64,000 nt of DNA, from assembly GCA_000934665.2 (NCBI GenBank), contig KZ538823.1:1-64000 (forward strand). The letters run 5' to 3'. A model generated the notes under the pieces. The model ran no database searches and had not been told where the DNA came from. It saw only the letters and a program-made list of their open reading frames with translations. This document shows positions 1 through 10,329 of the stretch, piece after piece. The translations under genes were made by a program, and so were the position numbers. The number at the start of each line of letters is the position of its first letter. The first letter of the stretch is position 1. The DNA is from Catajapyx aquilonaris. Lineage: Eukaryota.

Positions 1-37
1 GGCCAAAAATACCGTTACGTAATATGTGGACGCCCCC
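1..37. mobile_element. Right end of a PIF/Harbinger-like MITE (truncated by window start)
   Basis: Reverse complement reads GGGGGCGTCCACATATTACGTAACG, a Harbinger-type terminus, followed by TTA (38-40; Harbinger TSDs are TWA). Partner end not in window. Confidence 0.5.
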
Positions 38-44
38 TTAGGCC

Positions 45-395
45 TCGCCCTTTGCTGTTGCCTGTGATTGCCAGGCCTGTGTTCTATACACGATGCCTAG
101 TCGAGTCGAAGCAGTGCTTGGAAGGCGTTTGGAACACATCAGGGGGCATCTCAAGTGCCTAAGCAAATTATGTCGCGCAATTTCTTCCATGTTGGTTGTT
201 ACACACCTCCTGTGTAGCGTACACTTGTCTTTTAACAAACCACTACAGGAAAAAGTTAGGTGAAGTTAGGTCTGGTCATCTGGGAGCTATGTAATGAACG
301 TTGATCATCTCCCAATCCATCCTGCAGTGGGCATCCAAGAATGTGCCTACATCATTGTCTAAGTGAGGGGGAGCCTTCATCTTGTTGAAAAATTC
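45..395 (-). pseudogene. Degenerate Tc1/mariner-superfamily transposase C-terminal remnant
   Basis: Minus strand, with frameshifts and stops, gives FQQD..PPH, WIGR, PR*PDLTSPNFFL*WFVKRQVY, matching the FQQDGAPPH...RWIGRG..WPPRSPDLTPLDFFLWGYVK..VY signature. Confidence 0.75.
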
Positions 396-408
396 CTACT
401 TGAGGAAT

Positions 409-1606
409 CTGCAGCACAGCTGGCCACCTGGTGGCCCACTGGTGGGGTGGATTTGATTTTTGATTTTATAAAAATGTAAAAAATGTTACGTCTGGGGGCA
501 ATTTCAGTGCCTCCCTGTTGCCAGACCCAGAGATGAGGATATCCCTAAATATACGGGGAAAAAGTCCCTAATTGTCCCAAAAAATCCCGGTACATATAGT
601 GCGGAAATTTTTTGGGGGGTCAAGGTCACACAAGCTTATAGGCGAGCTGGGGTGTTTTGGGATGCGTAATGCAGCATTTATGCGGCGTGCAGATCATGTG
701 CAGATCTTCATTTGTTGTGTCACTAAGAGAGGGGGAGAGGAGAGCGCGGAAAGAGAGAGAGGGGGGGGGGGGAGGGGGGGTAAAATCTGGGCGCAGGGCG
801 GCGCAGGGGCGGGAAACACAAGTACTGTACACAACTGCCGTGAGATTTTCTTTGTGCATTATTTCCTCCAATCCTCCTTCCCAGTACCCCGCTGAACCTC
901 TGAACCATAGGTAGTGCGACCAATTGAAGGGTTGCCCCGAATAATGTTGTAAGTGGCACCGAAGTGGCATCGCTTGCGGTTGCGGACAAGATCCAGGCCT
1001 GCTTTTTTTTATTTTTTTTTCATATTTTCCTAATATCCCTAGATTTCGGCCGTTTCTGCTCAGTTGTCCCTAAATCCCTAAAGGCATGCCGAAATCCCTA
1101 AATCTAGGGATATATCCCTGTGCCTGGCAACGCTCTGCCTCGATCAATGAGAAGCGGATACTAGTAGTAACGTGTGAATCTTCTCATATGCGACAATTAT
1201 CTCGATCAAGGGAAGACCGTGACGTGTCACTAACTGCCTCACGTGTAAAAAAATTAATTAATTAAAATCTGCTCTTTGCACTGGTACACACCTTCTGTCA
1301 TTGCAACGAAGTACTATGTAAGTTCAGTATGAATTTCTCTTTTATTATAGTTTTAAGCGGAACACACTGTATTATAAATTTCATTTACCACAAACCCATC
1401 ACAATCCAGAATATGCCTGCGACGTATATGAGTATAAAGAGAGAATTGTCGCATATGAGAAGATTCTCATGTGACTACTAGTAGCCGCTTCTCATTGATC
1501 GAGGCACTGAAACTGCTTCGCAACATTTAATTTTTTTAAATTTTTATAAAATCAAAAATCAAATCCACCCCACCAGTGGGCCACCAGACGGACCACAGGG
1601 CTGCAG
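409..1606. mobile_element. Long-inverted-repeat (foldback/MITE-like) element, left arm interrupted by a nested insertion
   Basis: 409-513 plus 1136-1203 is the reverse complement of ~1441-1606 (CTGGTGGCCCACTGGTGGGGTGGATTTGATTTTTGATTTTATAAAAA ... TGCCTCGATCAATGAGAAGCGG). Confidence 0.85.
514..1135. mobile_element. Nested non-autonomous DNA transposon (GTTGCCAG/CTGGCAAC termini, possibly hAT-like)
   Basis: Flanked by direct repeat TGCCTC (508-513, 1136-1141), present only once in the opposite host arm. Inverted ends GTTGCCAG...CTGGCAAC, with repeated subterminal TCCCTAAAT/TCCCTAGAT motifs at both ends. Confidence 0.8.
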
Positions 1607-1634
1607 GCGGGATGGCAGTGTGGAGGGTGTGGCG

Positions 1635-3462
1635 CGCAGTGGCCAATATCAGAAAAAACACGAAAGAAGATAGCTCCTAAACTAAACCGTTGAAGTACGT
1701 AAAATACACGTCTCCCCATGTTTTCAGGGTCGCCGATTTCGATTTTTAGGTCATTTTGAACATAGACCTACAGGGTGTACCAAAAAACACGATCGAATTT
1801 AACAATCATTCTGTAGAATGAGAGGAAAAAATAGGTTAGTGATGTGAAACCGCTCGGGCGAAAAACGGGTGGAACCTCGAAGGTCGACCCTACGTTTTGC
1901 GGTCACTGCTTCATATTTTGAGGCTCTTATCAAACCAAGACATACAGGGTGTACCAAAAACAGGATGGAATTTAATAATCTGCAGAATAAGCGGTACAAG
2001 TAGGTGAAACTAATGCTTCCCCTGTTTTTACGGTCGCTGATTTCGATTTTTAGGTCATTCTGAAGCTATACCTACAGGGTGTACTAAAAATCACCATGGA
2101 ATCTACGAACGTGTATAATAAGCATTACAAGTAGGTGAAAATAACATTAACCGATGTTTTCGCGGTCCTAATTTTGATTGTTTCGGTTATTTTGTACCAG
2201 GACATACAGGGTGTACCATAAAAGACCATCGAATTTAAGAACTTGTGGAATCTCCATTGTAAGTACGGATATGTGAGATGAGGTGAGATATGTGAATTCT
2301 CCTTAACACATCGCGATTTTCTGAGGTATTTTATGCTTCAAACCACAGGGTTCCTTTGGGACTAATAATTTATGTCCCAAGGTAGCATTTTGTGAAGTGG
2401 GGTCGCACCGTAATACCAATACTGCAGTAATTCAGTGCAAAAAGAATATGAAATGGCCCCTGAAAGTGAATATCGTAGAATATTTCCTTCAGATGCGGAT
2501 CGCCGCAGCTGATACTTACTTGGATAGTTTCCCTATTATCCTCTGGTCAACTTAAATCCAATTTCATCACTGACTCGTACTGACTCCGTTTTGTATGCCT
2601 AATTGAACTTCAAAATTTGTGAAAATTTGTGGAATGTTACCAGTTGAAATTTCTCGGATTTCCAAGAAATAAGTACCCATTATAGATATTCTGTTAACAG
2701 TCCTAAATCCATGCTCTACGAGACCAAGTACTTATTTTCCTAAACATTTCATTTCTAACATTATGCAATCATGTCAAAAGCAGGCGCGTTCCGATGAATC
2801 AGAAGAATGCTGAATGTTTGAACAGCGTATTTTGTATATTATTTTCTGTTACTTTTGGAGTGTTTATGGTGTTTATGATACAATTTTTTGGTCTGGGTTG
2901 GAAGTTTCTTCTAAATTTAAATCAGCAACCGTAAAAACTGGGGAAACATTATTTTCACCTACATATAGACATATTATTAAATTCTATCGTGTTATACGGT
3001 ACGATTTATTCCACGACATTTCAAATTTGACGGGGTTTTTGATACAGGCTCTTGGTCTGGGTTCATTGTAGCCTAAAAATCAAAATCATTATCCACCAAC
3101 ATACGGTAAAATATTAATTTCACTTATCCGTACTTATAACGTAGATTCCACAAGTTCTTGAATTCGATGGTATTTTTATGGTACACCCTGTATGTCCTGG
3201 TACAAAATAACCTAAAAAATCAAAATTAGGACCGCTAAAACATCGGTTAATGTTATTTTCACCTACTTGTAATGCTCATTATACACGTTCGAAGATTCCA
3301 TAGTGTGTTTTTAGTACACCCTGTAGGTATAGCTTGAAAATAACCCAAAAATCGAAATCAGCAGCCACAAAAACATGGGGAGACGTGTTTTTTACGTTCT
3401 TATACGGTTTAGTTGAGGAAGTATCATTTTCTTTTGTGTTTTTTCTGATATTGGCCACTGTG
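1635..3462. mobile_element. Transib-like non-autonomous transposon with ~130-bp subterminal tandem units
   Basis: Termini C(G/A)CAGTGGCCAATATCAGAAAAAACAC ... GTGTTTTTTCTGATATTGGCCACTGTG. 2035-2270 mirrors ~3125-3362. CAGGGTGTAC units at 1771, 1945, 2075, 2207 and inverted at 3181, 3314. No transposase ORF. Confidence 0.75.
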
Positions 3463-3790
3463 CGGCCGGGGGGGGTAAATCCGGCGCTGTTCCTAACAAC
3501 GCTAGTAATGAGTGTGTGCATGTGTTGAGATATGGAACTTTCCAGAAATTTTATAAAGTATTTAATGTGTCATTATTTATATTTAAAGTTAATAAAGCAA
3601 GACTGACATGCAAACAATTCACTCAGCGTGTACAGTATGACAGGATATATCAAGATAAGGTACATTAATGAGTGACTCAAGATTGTGACTATAATTTTGA
3701 TTTGCATTGATATGAATAGTCAAGGTAAAGATCTCAATCTACAGTATTATACATAAAATGTACTGTAGAATAATGCTACTTTATTTTCAG

Positions 3791-3969
3791 ATTCTGTTCC
3801 TGTCTGGCCTTGCATTTGTGATTGGATTGGAGCGGACATTCAGATTCTTTTTCCAGCGGCACAAACTCAAAGGCAGCTTAGGCTTTTTTGGTGGTATTCT
3901 GGTCGTTTTACTTGGATGGCCACTCATTGGAATGATAGTTGAACTTTATGGATTTGTTGTCCTATTCAG
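3791..3969 (+). CDS. GOLT1: Vesicle transport protein GOT1/GOLT1, internal exon
   Basis: ttttcag|ATT...TTCAG|gtgaga, 179 nt. Encodes ILFLSGLAFVIGLERTFRFFFQRHKLKGSLGFFGGILVVLLGWPLIGMIVELYGFVVLF, the conserved Got1 transmembrane segment. Confidence 0.95.
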
Positions 3970-4876
3970 GTGAGATTTCTAATATAAGAGGTGTCAAAAT
4001 ATGAATGCTAGAGACATATTTGTCATCAAATAATTGTATACAGGGTTGTGCTCTCCCCAAGACCCCAATTCAAAAGAGGCATAGGGGAAGAAGATATGGA
4101 TTGTTCATTCCACCCACCAATGTAAGAGGTGCACCAGTCACAACAAGTAGATGTGACCCTGATGGTTGCGGCCAATGGGTTGCTTCTCGTAACCTCTTTG
4201 CTGGGATAAACAATCGACAACTCTTACCCCCACTGCCCTTGTGAACTGATGTCTTGGGCACCACCTTTTATTTCAAGTAGGATTGTTTTTAAAAATATGA
4301 CACTTTTGGCACAGGGGGTGGGGGGGGGGGGGGGGGNNNNNNNNNNNNNNTTTTTTTTAAGTGACAATATTTTTTTATGCAAACTCTTGAACTTTTCCAG
4401 AAACTCGTTGGCTTTTCTATGCCCATTATCAATTTATTACTCCACCTATTTAAAAATTCAAAATCTTGTTATGAATTTACAGGAAAACAGGAATATACCC
4501 TGGCCCAGTCAATCATGTCTACTTGCATGGGGAATCAACATCAAACTCATGCAGAAATTCTGTCAGTCAGAGATCAGGTCAGAGACCAATAAGGAGTCAA
4601 GAAATTATAGCAGTAACTTTGAGAGGACTTAGATAAAAATTATTCAGCAAAAGAGCTAAGAAATTAGGTCTAGTGATTTAACACCCCATGTATCACAATG
4701 TGTAGAACCAGCACAATGGAAATGCGGTGCTTTTCGGCCCAAATTATTACTACATTATGTATCACATTTTAATATATTTTTAAGTGTACCCCGTGATAGG
4801 GCCAGAGGCCCTCTGGGGGGGGGGGGGGGGAATACCACCATTTCACCACTAAATCTTTCTGAAAATCNGGAGGGGA

Positions 4877-5078
4877 TGTGCAAAGTGCAAGTGCAATGTC
4901 GTTGCTTGGTCATTTTGTGAACTCCCCCGGGTGGATTAGTCTAGCGGAGATTCCACCCGAGACGAAGCCAGAGATGGCCCAACTCTGCACGAGATGAAGG
5001 TGGTGTCCCTGGGCTGGGATCGAACCCGGGACCTTAACATCCGTGGGTGCGTATGTTACCGCAGCGCCACTCCATCTC
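4877..5078 (-). mobile_element. tRNA-derived SINE
   Basis: Minus strand A-box TGGCGCTGCGG (5059-5069), B-box GGTTCGATCC (5017-5026), non-tRNA body, then a (TTGCAC)n-like end at 4878-4896. Shares motifs with the copy at 9415. Confidence 0.75.
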
Positions 5079-5509
5079 TCCTGCATTATCACATACCGGT
5101 ATATTATTTTGTTGGTGGACAGAAGACTAGCAAGAATTAAGCTGACTTCTTATCATTTGCTGTTTTATTAAGTACACAGTTTTATGCTTTTAACTTGCAA
5201 TAAACAGCAACACACCATGGATTGCCTTGAGCAATTCAGTGACAGATTGACCTGCAAATATGACCCTACCTCCTCAATTTTGTATAAAACGTAGTACAGC
5301 CTGTTGCTGCAACACAGTCACCCTGAAATTGTAAAGCGAGGTTGATAGATTAGGATAATTAAAATTAAATGAAACAAGAGAATGTTGCTGTAACAATGTG
5401 GTTCGTTATCTTGACAGAATTGTACAAATTAATAATACACTAATTTTATTATTTTACTTATATAGCATTGTGCAAATTCCTTCACACTCCATGACAGATT
5501 TGCATACTA

Positions 5510-5929
5510 TACTAGTCGCCCTTCCATCCGGCAGTGCACTCATTGGCCCCAAACAAGTCGTAAATGTAGGGAGGAGAAATGACGAGGCAGTAACCGGTAA
5601 CAAGATAAACGATGATCAAGATGAGTTCGCCCCTAAGACAATCGCAGCCACCCACCCACCGGCTTTTGTACGGGAGGAGCGGCAATCGGTTCGACTCCGT
5701 CACGTGTAGGGGTTGCCTAGGGGGCAGGATATGAACCCGACATTGCGCCCTGAGCACGAGACGACCTTGCTAAAGCCATTGCCGCTCCTGCCGCACAAAA
5801 GCCGGCAGGTGGGTTGCCTTTATCTCATTACCGTTACTGCCTCGACATTTCTCCTCCCTACATTTACGACTTGTTTTGGGCCAATTAGTGCACTGCCGGA
5901 CAGAAGGGCGACTAGTAAGGGACACCCTG
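5510..5929. mobile_element. Near-fully palindromic Tc1/mariner-type MITE (left tip lost)
   Basis: ACTAGTCGCCCTTC...GGCAGTGCACT mirrored by AGTGCACTGCC...GAAGGGCGACTAGT; right end GGGACACCCTG+TA. Shares AAACAAGTCG(T/A)AAATGTAGGG with the 8747 element. Confidence 0.85.
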
Positions 5930-6099
5930 TAATTGGCACAGCAATATGCAGGCTAGTGGTCACCTACTTCAGTAAATACTCAAGTGTTATTTTCTGAACA
6001 TTTAAAAATACTTATTTTTCATTGTAATCCTTACATCACACATGACAGGCTGTTATTTCAATGTTGTATCTGGAATCACATTACCCTGATTCCCATATA

Positions 6100-6476
6100 C
6101 ACCATGTTAATGAAATAGGTGAGTGCTTTTTGAGGAATGATAGAGAGGACCGAGACAAATATTTTTCACCTAGGAACCTGTGTCCGGAAACACCATCTAG
6201 AGGGTGTCAGTAGACAAGGAACAGGTTGGATCAGACGTGTCAGGCACTTAGGCAAGAGGACTTACTAACTTCTAGGGGTAATAGAGGGAACCATAACAAA
6301 CATATTTCATATAGGAACCCGTGTCCAGAAATGCATCTGAGCGACCCGTTCCTTGTCTATGAACCCCTCTAGATGGTGTTTCCGGACACGGGTTCCTAGC
6401 ATCCTAGGTGAAGAATATTTGTGTCGGTCCCCTCTATCATTCCTCAAAATATGCGCACTTATTTCATTAACACTGT
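6100..6476. mobile_element. Palindromic MITE (Tc1/mariner-like)
   Basis: TGTTAATGAAATA...TGAGGAATGATAGAG...TGTCCGGAAACACCATCTAGAGGG mirrored at ~6335-6476. Confidence 0.8.
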
Positions 6477-6654
6477 TATTGTCTTGGGAACCCTTTCTGT
6501 GAATCTCGATCTGACGGTTTTTACACTGAGCCAAAATTGTGTTGAAGACCAGGGTTGTTGACTGCCAGATTCCATGCTGTTACCAGCTCTTGCAGGATAA
6601 TGATGTGTTTCTGCTCTATGATTTGTTTCATTGTACCACATAGTGTTGTACGTA

Positions 6655-7095
6655 CAGGGTGAAGGGAAACTCGCGGACAATTGCCAGGTAGACTGATAGT
6701 ACTAGCAACACTAATATAAGGATGTGCAATTCGTTTTTGGATCCATTGTGTAGTTCATGCATACGGCGCCCTTAAGTGTAGAGGGCCGGATGGTGGAATA
6801 TGAGGCAAAAATTACGAAGTGCATGGGTGTCACACCTGGATTCTTCCTCTGGCGGGATTTGATCACCTATTGCTCATGGACGATGAGTTAGGGGACCAAG
6901 GCCGGATTAGTCGGACGTCCTCAAGCTGAATTTGTTTTTTGAAACAGGTGGAGCGGATGTGACGTCATGAAACTTTGAAGGCACCGTACACATTAACTAC
7001 TCAACGGCGGCCAAAACTAATTGCACATCCCTATATTAGTTTTGCGAGTACTATCAGTTTACCTGGCGATTGTCTGCGAGTGTCCCTTCACCCTG
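6655..7095. mobile_element. Tc1/mariner-type MITE with TA target duplication
   Basis: TA|CAGGGTGAAGGGA...TCCCTTCACCCTG|TA, with ~115-bp imperfect TIRs. Confidence 0.88.
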
Positions 7096-7147
7096 TATAA
7101 TTCAGGCTGCACATTTAGTTCACCTGTATGAAATGTGCTGTAATTTT

Positions 7148-7232
7148 AATTGAATCACCCAACGGAACAAGGGCCCATGTCCAGGTTGAAACAAGGTGGA
7201 CATGGGCCCTTGCTCTATTTGGCGATTCAATA
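7148..7232. repeat. 85-bp hairpin/palindromic micro-element
   Basis: AATTGAATCACCCAACGGAACAAGGGCCCATGTCCA, 13-nt loop, TGGACATGGGCCCTTGCTCTATTTGGCGATTCAATA. Confidence 0.8.
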
Positions 7233-7349
7233 TTTTATGACGACCTTAAGTTCTCTTATACCCTCACGTTCATGTATCAAGAGGAGGTACAGTAGGTGAA
7301 AATGTTAAGATGGAATTAAGAAGGTGAAAATTATTTATTCCAGAAACTA

Positions 7350-7841
7350 CTGGGGGCTTTCAATGAAGAAGGATCATGATTTTTTTCAATGAGAATGCAT
7401 AGGAAATACTATCATGATGGTGATATATTCAAGTACTCCTGTTGAAGATGGATGTGCATACCTATGTGCAGAAGTCTGCCCTGTTTGCAGGTGGATTCAG
7501 AACCCTCCATGAACATCTTAAACCAACAGAGTGCCGTATTGTCAGGCAGAACATCTCGATACTCCTAAGTCAGCGTGGAGTAGGACTCACTGGCTGTCTT
7601 CATGAGGTGAAAGCAGAATTTCAGCACAGCATACTGCATGACGCCATGACACAGGAGGCGACTTCAAATGTGGCGGCGATTGTGCTGCCACCACACCCCC
7701 ATGATACGCAGTAGCCTTCTGAGCATAATCGTGCACATCCATCTTCGACCAGGAGTACTTGAATATATAACCATGATACTGTAATAAACCTATACATTCT
7801 CATTTAAAAAATCATGATCATTCTTTATTGAAAGGCCCTCG
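7350..7841 (-). mobile_element. Mariner-derived MITE carrying a transposase N-terminal remnant
   Basis: TA-flanked; right terminus revcomp CGAGGGCCTTTCAATAAAGAA; ~130-bp inverted arms. Minus 7639-~7475 reads MQYAVLKFCFHLMKTASESYSTLT*EYRDVLPDNTALCWFKMFMEGSES, a mariner HTH-like sequence. Confidence 0.85.
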
Positions 7842-8332
7842 TAGTTTAAAGAGAAGCAACAATCAGGACTACTTTCACTCACCGATATTTAAACTGATTG
7901 CTGGAATGAATAGTAACTGTCGACTTGAGCAGCATTGAGTTAGTGTGAAGATAATTCAATTTGTCAGTTGTCATTCCATATACATTTTCTAAGTGATTTC
8001 GTTTACATGTGATTGCAAAAACAGGTTTAGCAGTTTGGAATTGGGGAAATGGTTTTCCAAAACTTGTACTCGAATTACCTGTTTACATATCATGAGGACG
8101 TGGGAGCAAAAAAAAGAAGAAAAAAAAAAAATCTGGGGTTGGGATACTCTGCTATTATTCCCATATGTGCTAAAATAAACTGCAAGACTTGATTAAGATT
8201 GCATGTTGACTTGAACATGCCTGCCCTATACTGTTGTGTATGATTTCTAAATGAATTAAAGTCTCTGAACTAAGAAGACAGCAATCACAAGCCATGTTTT
8301 TGTGTTTGTGACATGGAAATGGTGCAGAACAC

Positions 8333-8416
8333 AATTGAATCACTTTTTATAAGAAGGGAACAAGTCCAACTTAAGGTTATTGGACTTGTTCCCTTCTTAT
8401 AAAAAGTGATTCAATT
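8333..8416. repeat. 84-bp perfect hairpin/palindromic micro-element
   Basis: 36-bp arm AATTGAATCACTTTTTATAAGAAGGGAACAAGTCCA, 12-nt spacer, then its exact reverse complement. Confidence 0.9.
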
Positions 8417-8746
8417 TTCCCAGGCCCAGAATTCAGAAAACCATTATTGTACTGATAATGTAAACTAATTCAATTATGCACTGTGACATATTTTTGGAAC
8501 TTAATGGTACACAGCTGGACATAATAGCAGTCCCTTGGAACTTTTACGCCGTGAGAAGTGCAAGTGATGATATCCACTCTTGCCGCCCACATCGGAAAAT
8601 TTCCAATTATGTCCAGTCGTGTACCATGGCACATGGCATAGTACATTTATATCAGGCAACTCGTATTAACCCTTTGGGGCATAGTGTTTGCAATTGCAAA
8701 CACCCGGAAATATTGTGTCCCTCCGTAACAGATGCCCTTTATTATA

Positions 8747-9126
8747 CAGGGTGTTTCTAACTAGTCCACCCAATGGCCGTCAGCGTATTCCATGGGCCAA
8801 AACAAGTCGAAAATGTAGGGGGCAGAAATGTTGAGGGACCAACCGTTAATGAGGTAGGCCCTACATGACCAGAAGCATTGGCCGGTGGTTGCTGAAGTTG
8901 CAGGAGATGAATGATGATAATCACTTATGTGAAAGAGGTGACCTTGCAAATCGCAACAGTTGCGATTTTCACGCTCATATCCTGCTCCTTCAGCAACCAT
9001 GGTCAAGGTCATGTTAATGGTTGCTCCCTGGACATTTATCCCCCCCCTACATTTTCGACTTTTTTTGGCGCAAGGAATACACTTACCAACTTACGGCCGT
9101 TGGCTGGACCAGTAACAAATACCCTG
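8747..9126. mobile_element. Tc1/mariner-type MITE with TA target duplication
   Basis: TA|CAGGGTG...ACCCTG|TA; arms mirror (AAGTCGAAAATGTAGGGGG / CCCCCTACATTTTCGACTT). Related to 5510-5929. Confidence 0.85.
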
Positions 9127-9414
9127 TATACTTGTACTAGTAATAAACCCGTTGCCAAATTTTGGCAACACTGCTTGGCCAACTCACCCCACTTGTAAGT
9201 AGTATGTATGATAAACCCCTACCAGTTGGCTATAGGCTGTCCCTCTGCACACTACTGCCATGCTTAGGGGGAAAGTAGTACTACATGCATGTTGGTGATA
9301 AGTCACCATGCGGACAAAGCCCACCAGGGTGCTTATGACCAGCGCATGTCTCGCCTCCATTGACATGGAGCCCACCGTCTCTGACCACTATATGTCATCT
9401 AATTGTTTGAACAG

Positions 9415-9610
9415 TGGGGAGGTGTGGTGGCCAAGATGGTAACATCTCAGCTTGCTGAGTGAAAGGCCCCAGGTTCGATCCCCGCCTGGGGAACTTCCTT
9501 TCCCCTGCATCGGAAGGGTCTCTGACCTGCACCTTGGAGGTGTGTGGCAACCTAACTTCCTGGGGGACTGCACATGGCCCAAAGGTTTCATGACATTGCA
9601 CCTGCACAAG
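9415..9610 (+). mobile_element. tRNA-derived SINE (same family as 4877-5078)
   Basis: A-box TGGCCAAGATGG (9428-9439), B-box GGTTCGATCC (9472-9481). Shares GGTAACAT, GGGGGA..CACA and GACATTGCAC(C/T)TGCAC with the other copy. 3' boundary approximate. Confidence 0.75.
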
Positions 9611-9875
9611 TGTCCCCTCCCCAAAAATCCCTATCCTTTCCCAATGTCCCTGTTTCCCTGCACCGGAGTATGAAGAAAAAGTGGTAAAAACACTAGAAAA
9701 CTGATGGTGGTATGCCACCCCCCTAAAACGGCTTACGGCTGTATCACGGGGTAATCTAAAAAATAAAATAAAAATAACAAAAATAATGTTTGAACCGCAA
9801 AAGTGAAATACCATTGTTACTACAACCTAGGCGATGAGTGTTGACGGACATATTATAAGCACACAGAAAGGATAA

Positions 9876-10022
9876 GGGCCGTTTTCTCGAACAGTGGTTC
9901 AAATGTAAACCGGGTTCAAAGCCAGTTTAATCCCTGATTTGATTGTTGTTAGGCTGTTGTCAAGGGTTTAAACCGGCTTTGAACCGGGTTTACATTTGAA
10001 CCACTGTTCGAGAAAACGGCCC
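9876..10022. mobile_element. PIF/Harbinger (Tourist-like) MITE
   Basis: TAA|GGGCCGTTTTCTCGAACAGTGGTTCAAATGTAAACC...GGTTTACATTTGAACCACTGTTCGAGAAAACGGCCC|TAA: 3-bp TAA TSD and near-perfect ~55-bp TIRs. Confidence 0.92.
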
Positions 10023-10121
10023 TAAGGGTTTTAGTGGTATAGTTTTCAAGGCAATAATACGAGTACACAAGCTTATTGTTGAGGACATTTTAACACTGAA
10101 TTTCCTTTATCTCCTTTCTAG

Positions 10122-10203
10122 TGGCTTCTTCCCAGTGGTGATAAATTTTCTGCGGCGAGTCCCAGTATTAGGCACTTTCCTCAACTTGCCTATAATTAGC
10201 AAA
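10122..10203 (+). CDS. GOLT1: GOT1/GOLT1 penultimate exon
   Basis: cctttctag|TGGC...AAA|gtgagt, 82 nt, phase-compatible with the previous exon (AG+T=Ser). Encodes SGFFPVVINFLRRVPVLGTFLNLPIISK. Not in the ORF track. Confidence 0.95.
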
Positions 10204-10284
10204 GTGAGTAACTGAAGCATTTTTCATGTTTTACTTTTGGGCTCTTTTTGTTTCGCCTCCTTTGTTTGCTTGTATATTTTGCAG

Positions 10285-10329
10285 TATGTGGATCGGGTGG
10301 CGGGAGACAGTTCAAGAACCACAGTCTGA
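10285..10329 (+). CDS. GOLT1: GOT1/GOLT1 terminal coding exon
   Basis: After an 81-nt GT-AG intron, ttttgcag|TATGTGGAT...GTCTGA encodes YVDRVAGDSSRTTV*, matching the GOLT1 C-terminus (xVDx...V*). Confidence 0.92.
   Translation, partial: YVDRVAGDSSRTTV

Noticed and set aside
1740..2270. Regularly spaced CAGGGTGTAC repeats as a CRISPR-like array
   Set aside because: The intervening sequences are themselves homologous ~130-bp units mirrored in the opposite arm; eukaryotic context with no cas genes.
3758..3790. ORF-track start MYCRIMLLYFQ for GOLT1
   Set aside because: Intronic polypyrimidine tract and acceptor; homology begins at 3791.
4315..4350. Poly-G/C runs (also 4815, 13343, 22370, 46659) as G-quadruplex elements
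   Set aside because: Most abut or contain Ns, so length and reality are unreliable.
5010..5078. Functional tRNA genes here and at 9420-9490 and 48155-48215
   Set aside because: A/B boxes are present but I could not fold a convincing cloverleaf, and each continues into a SINE-like body or tail.
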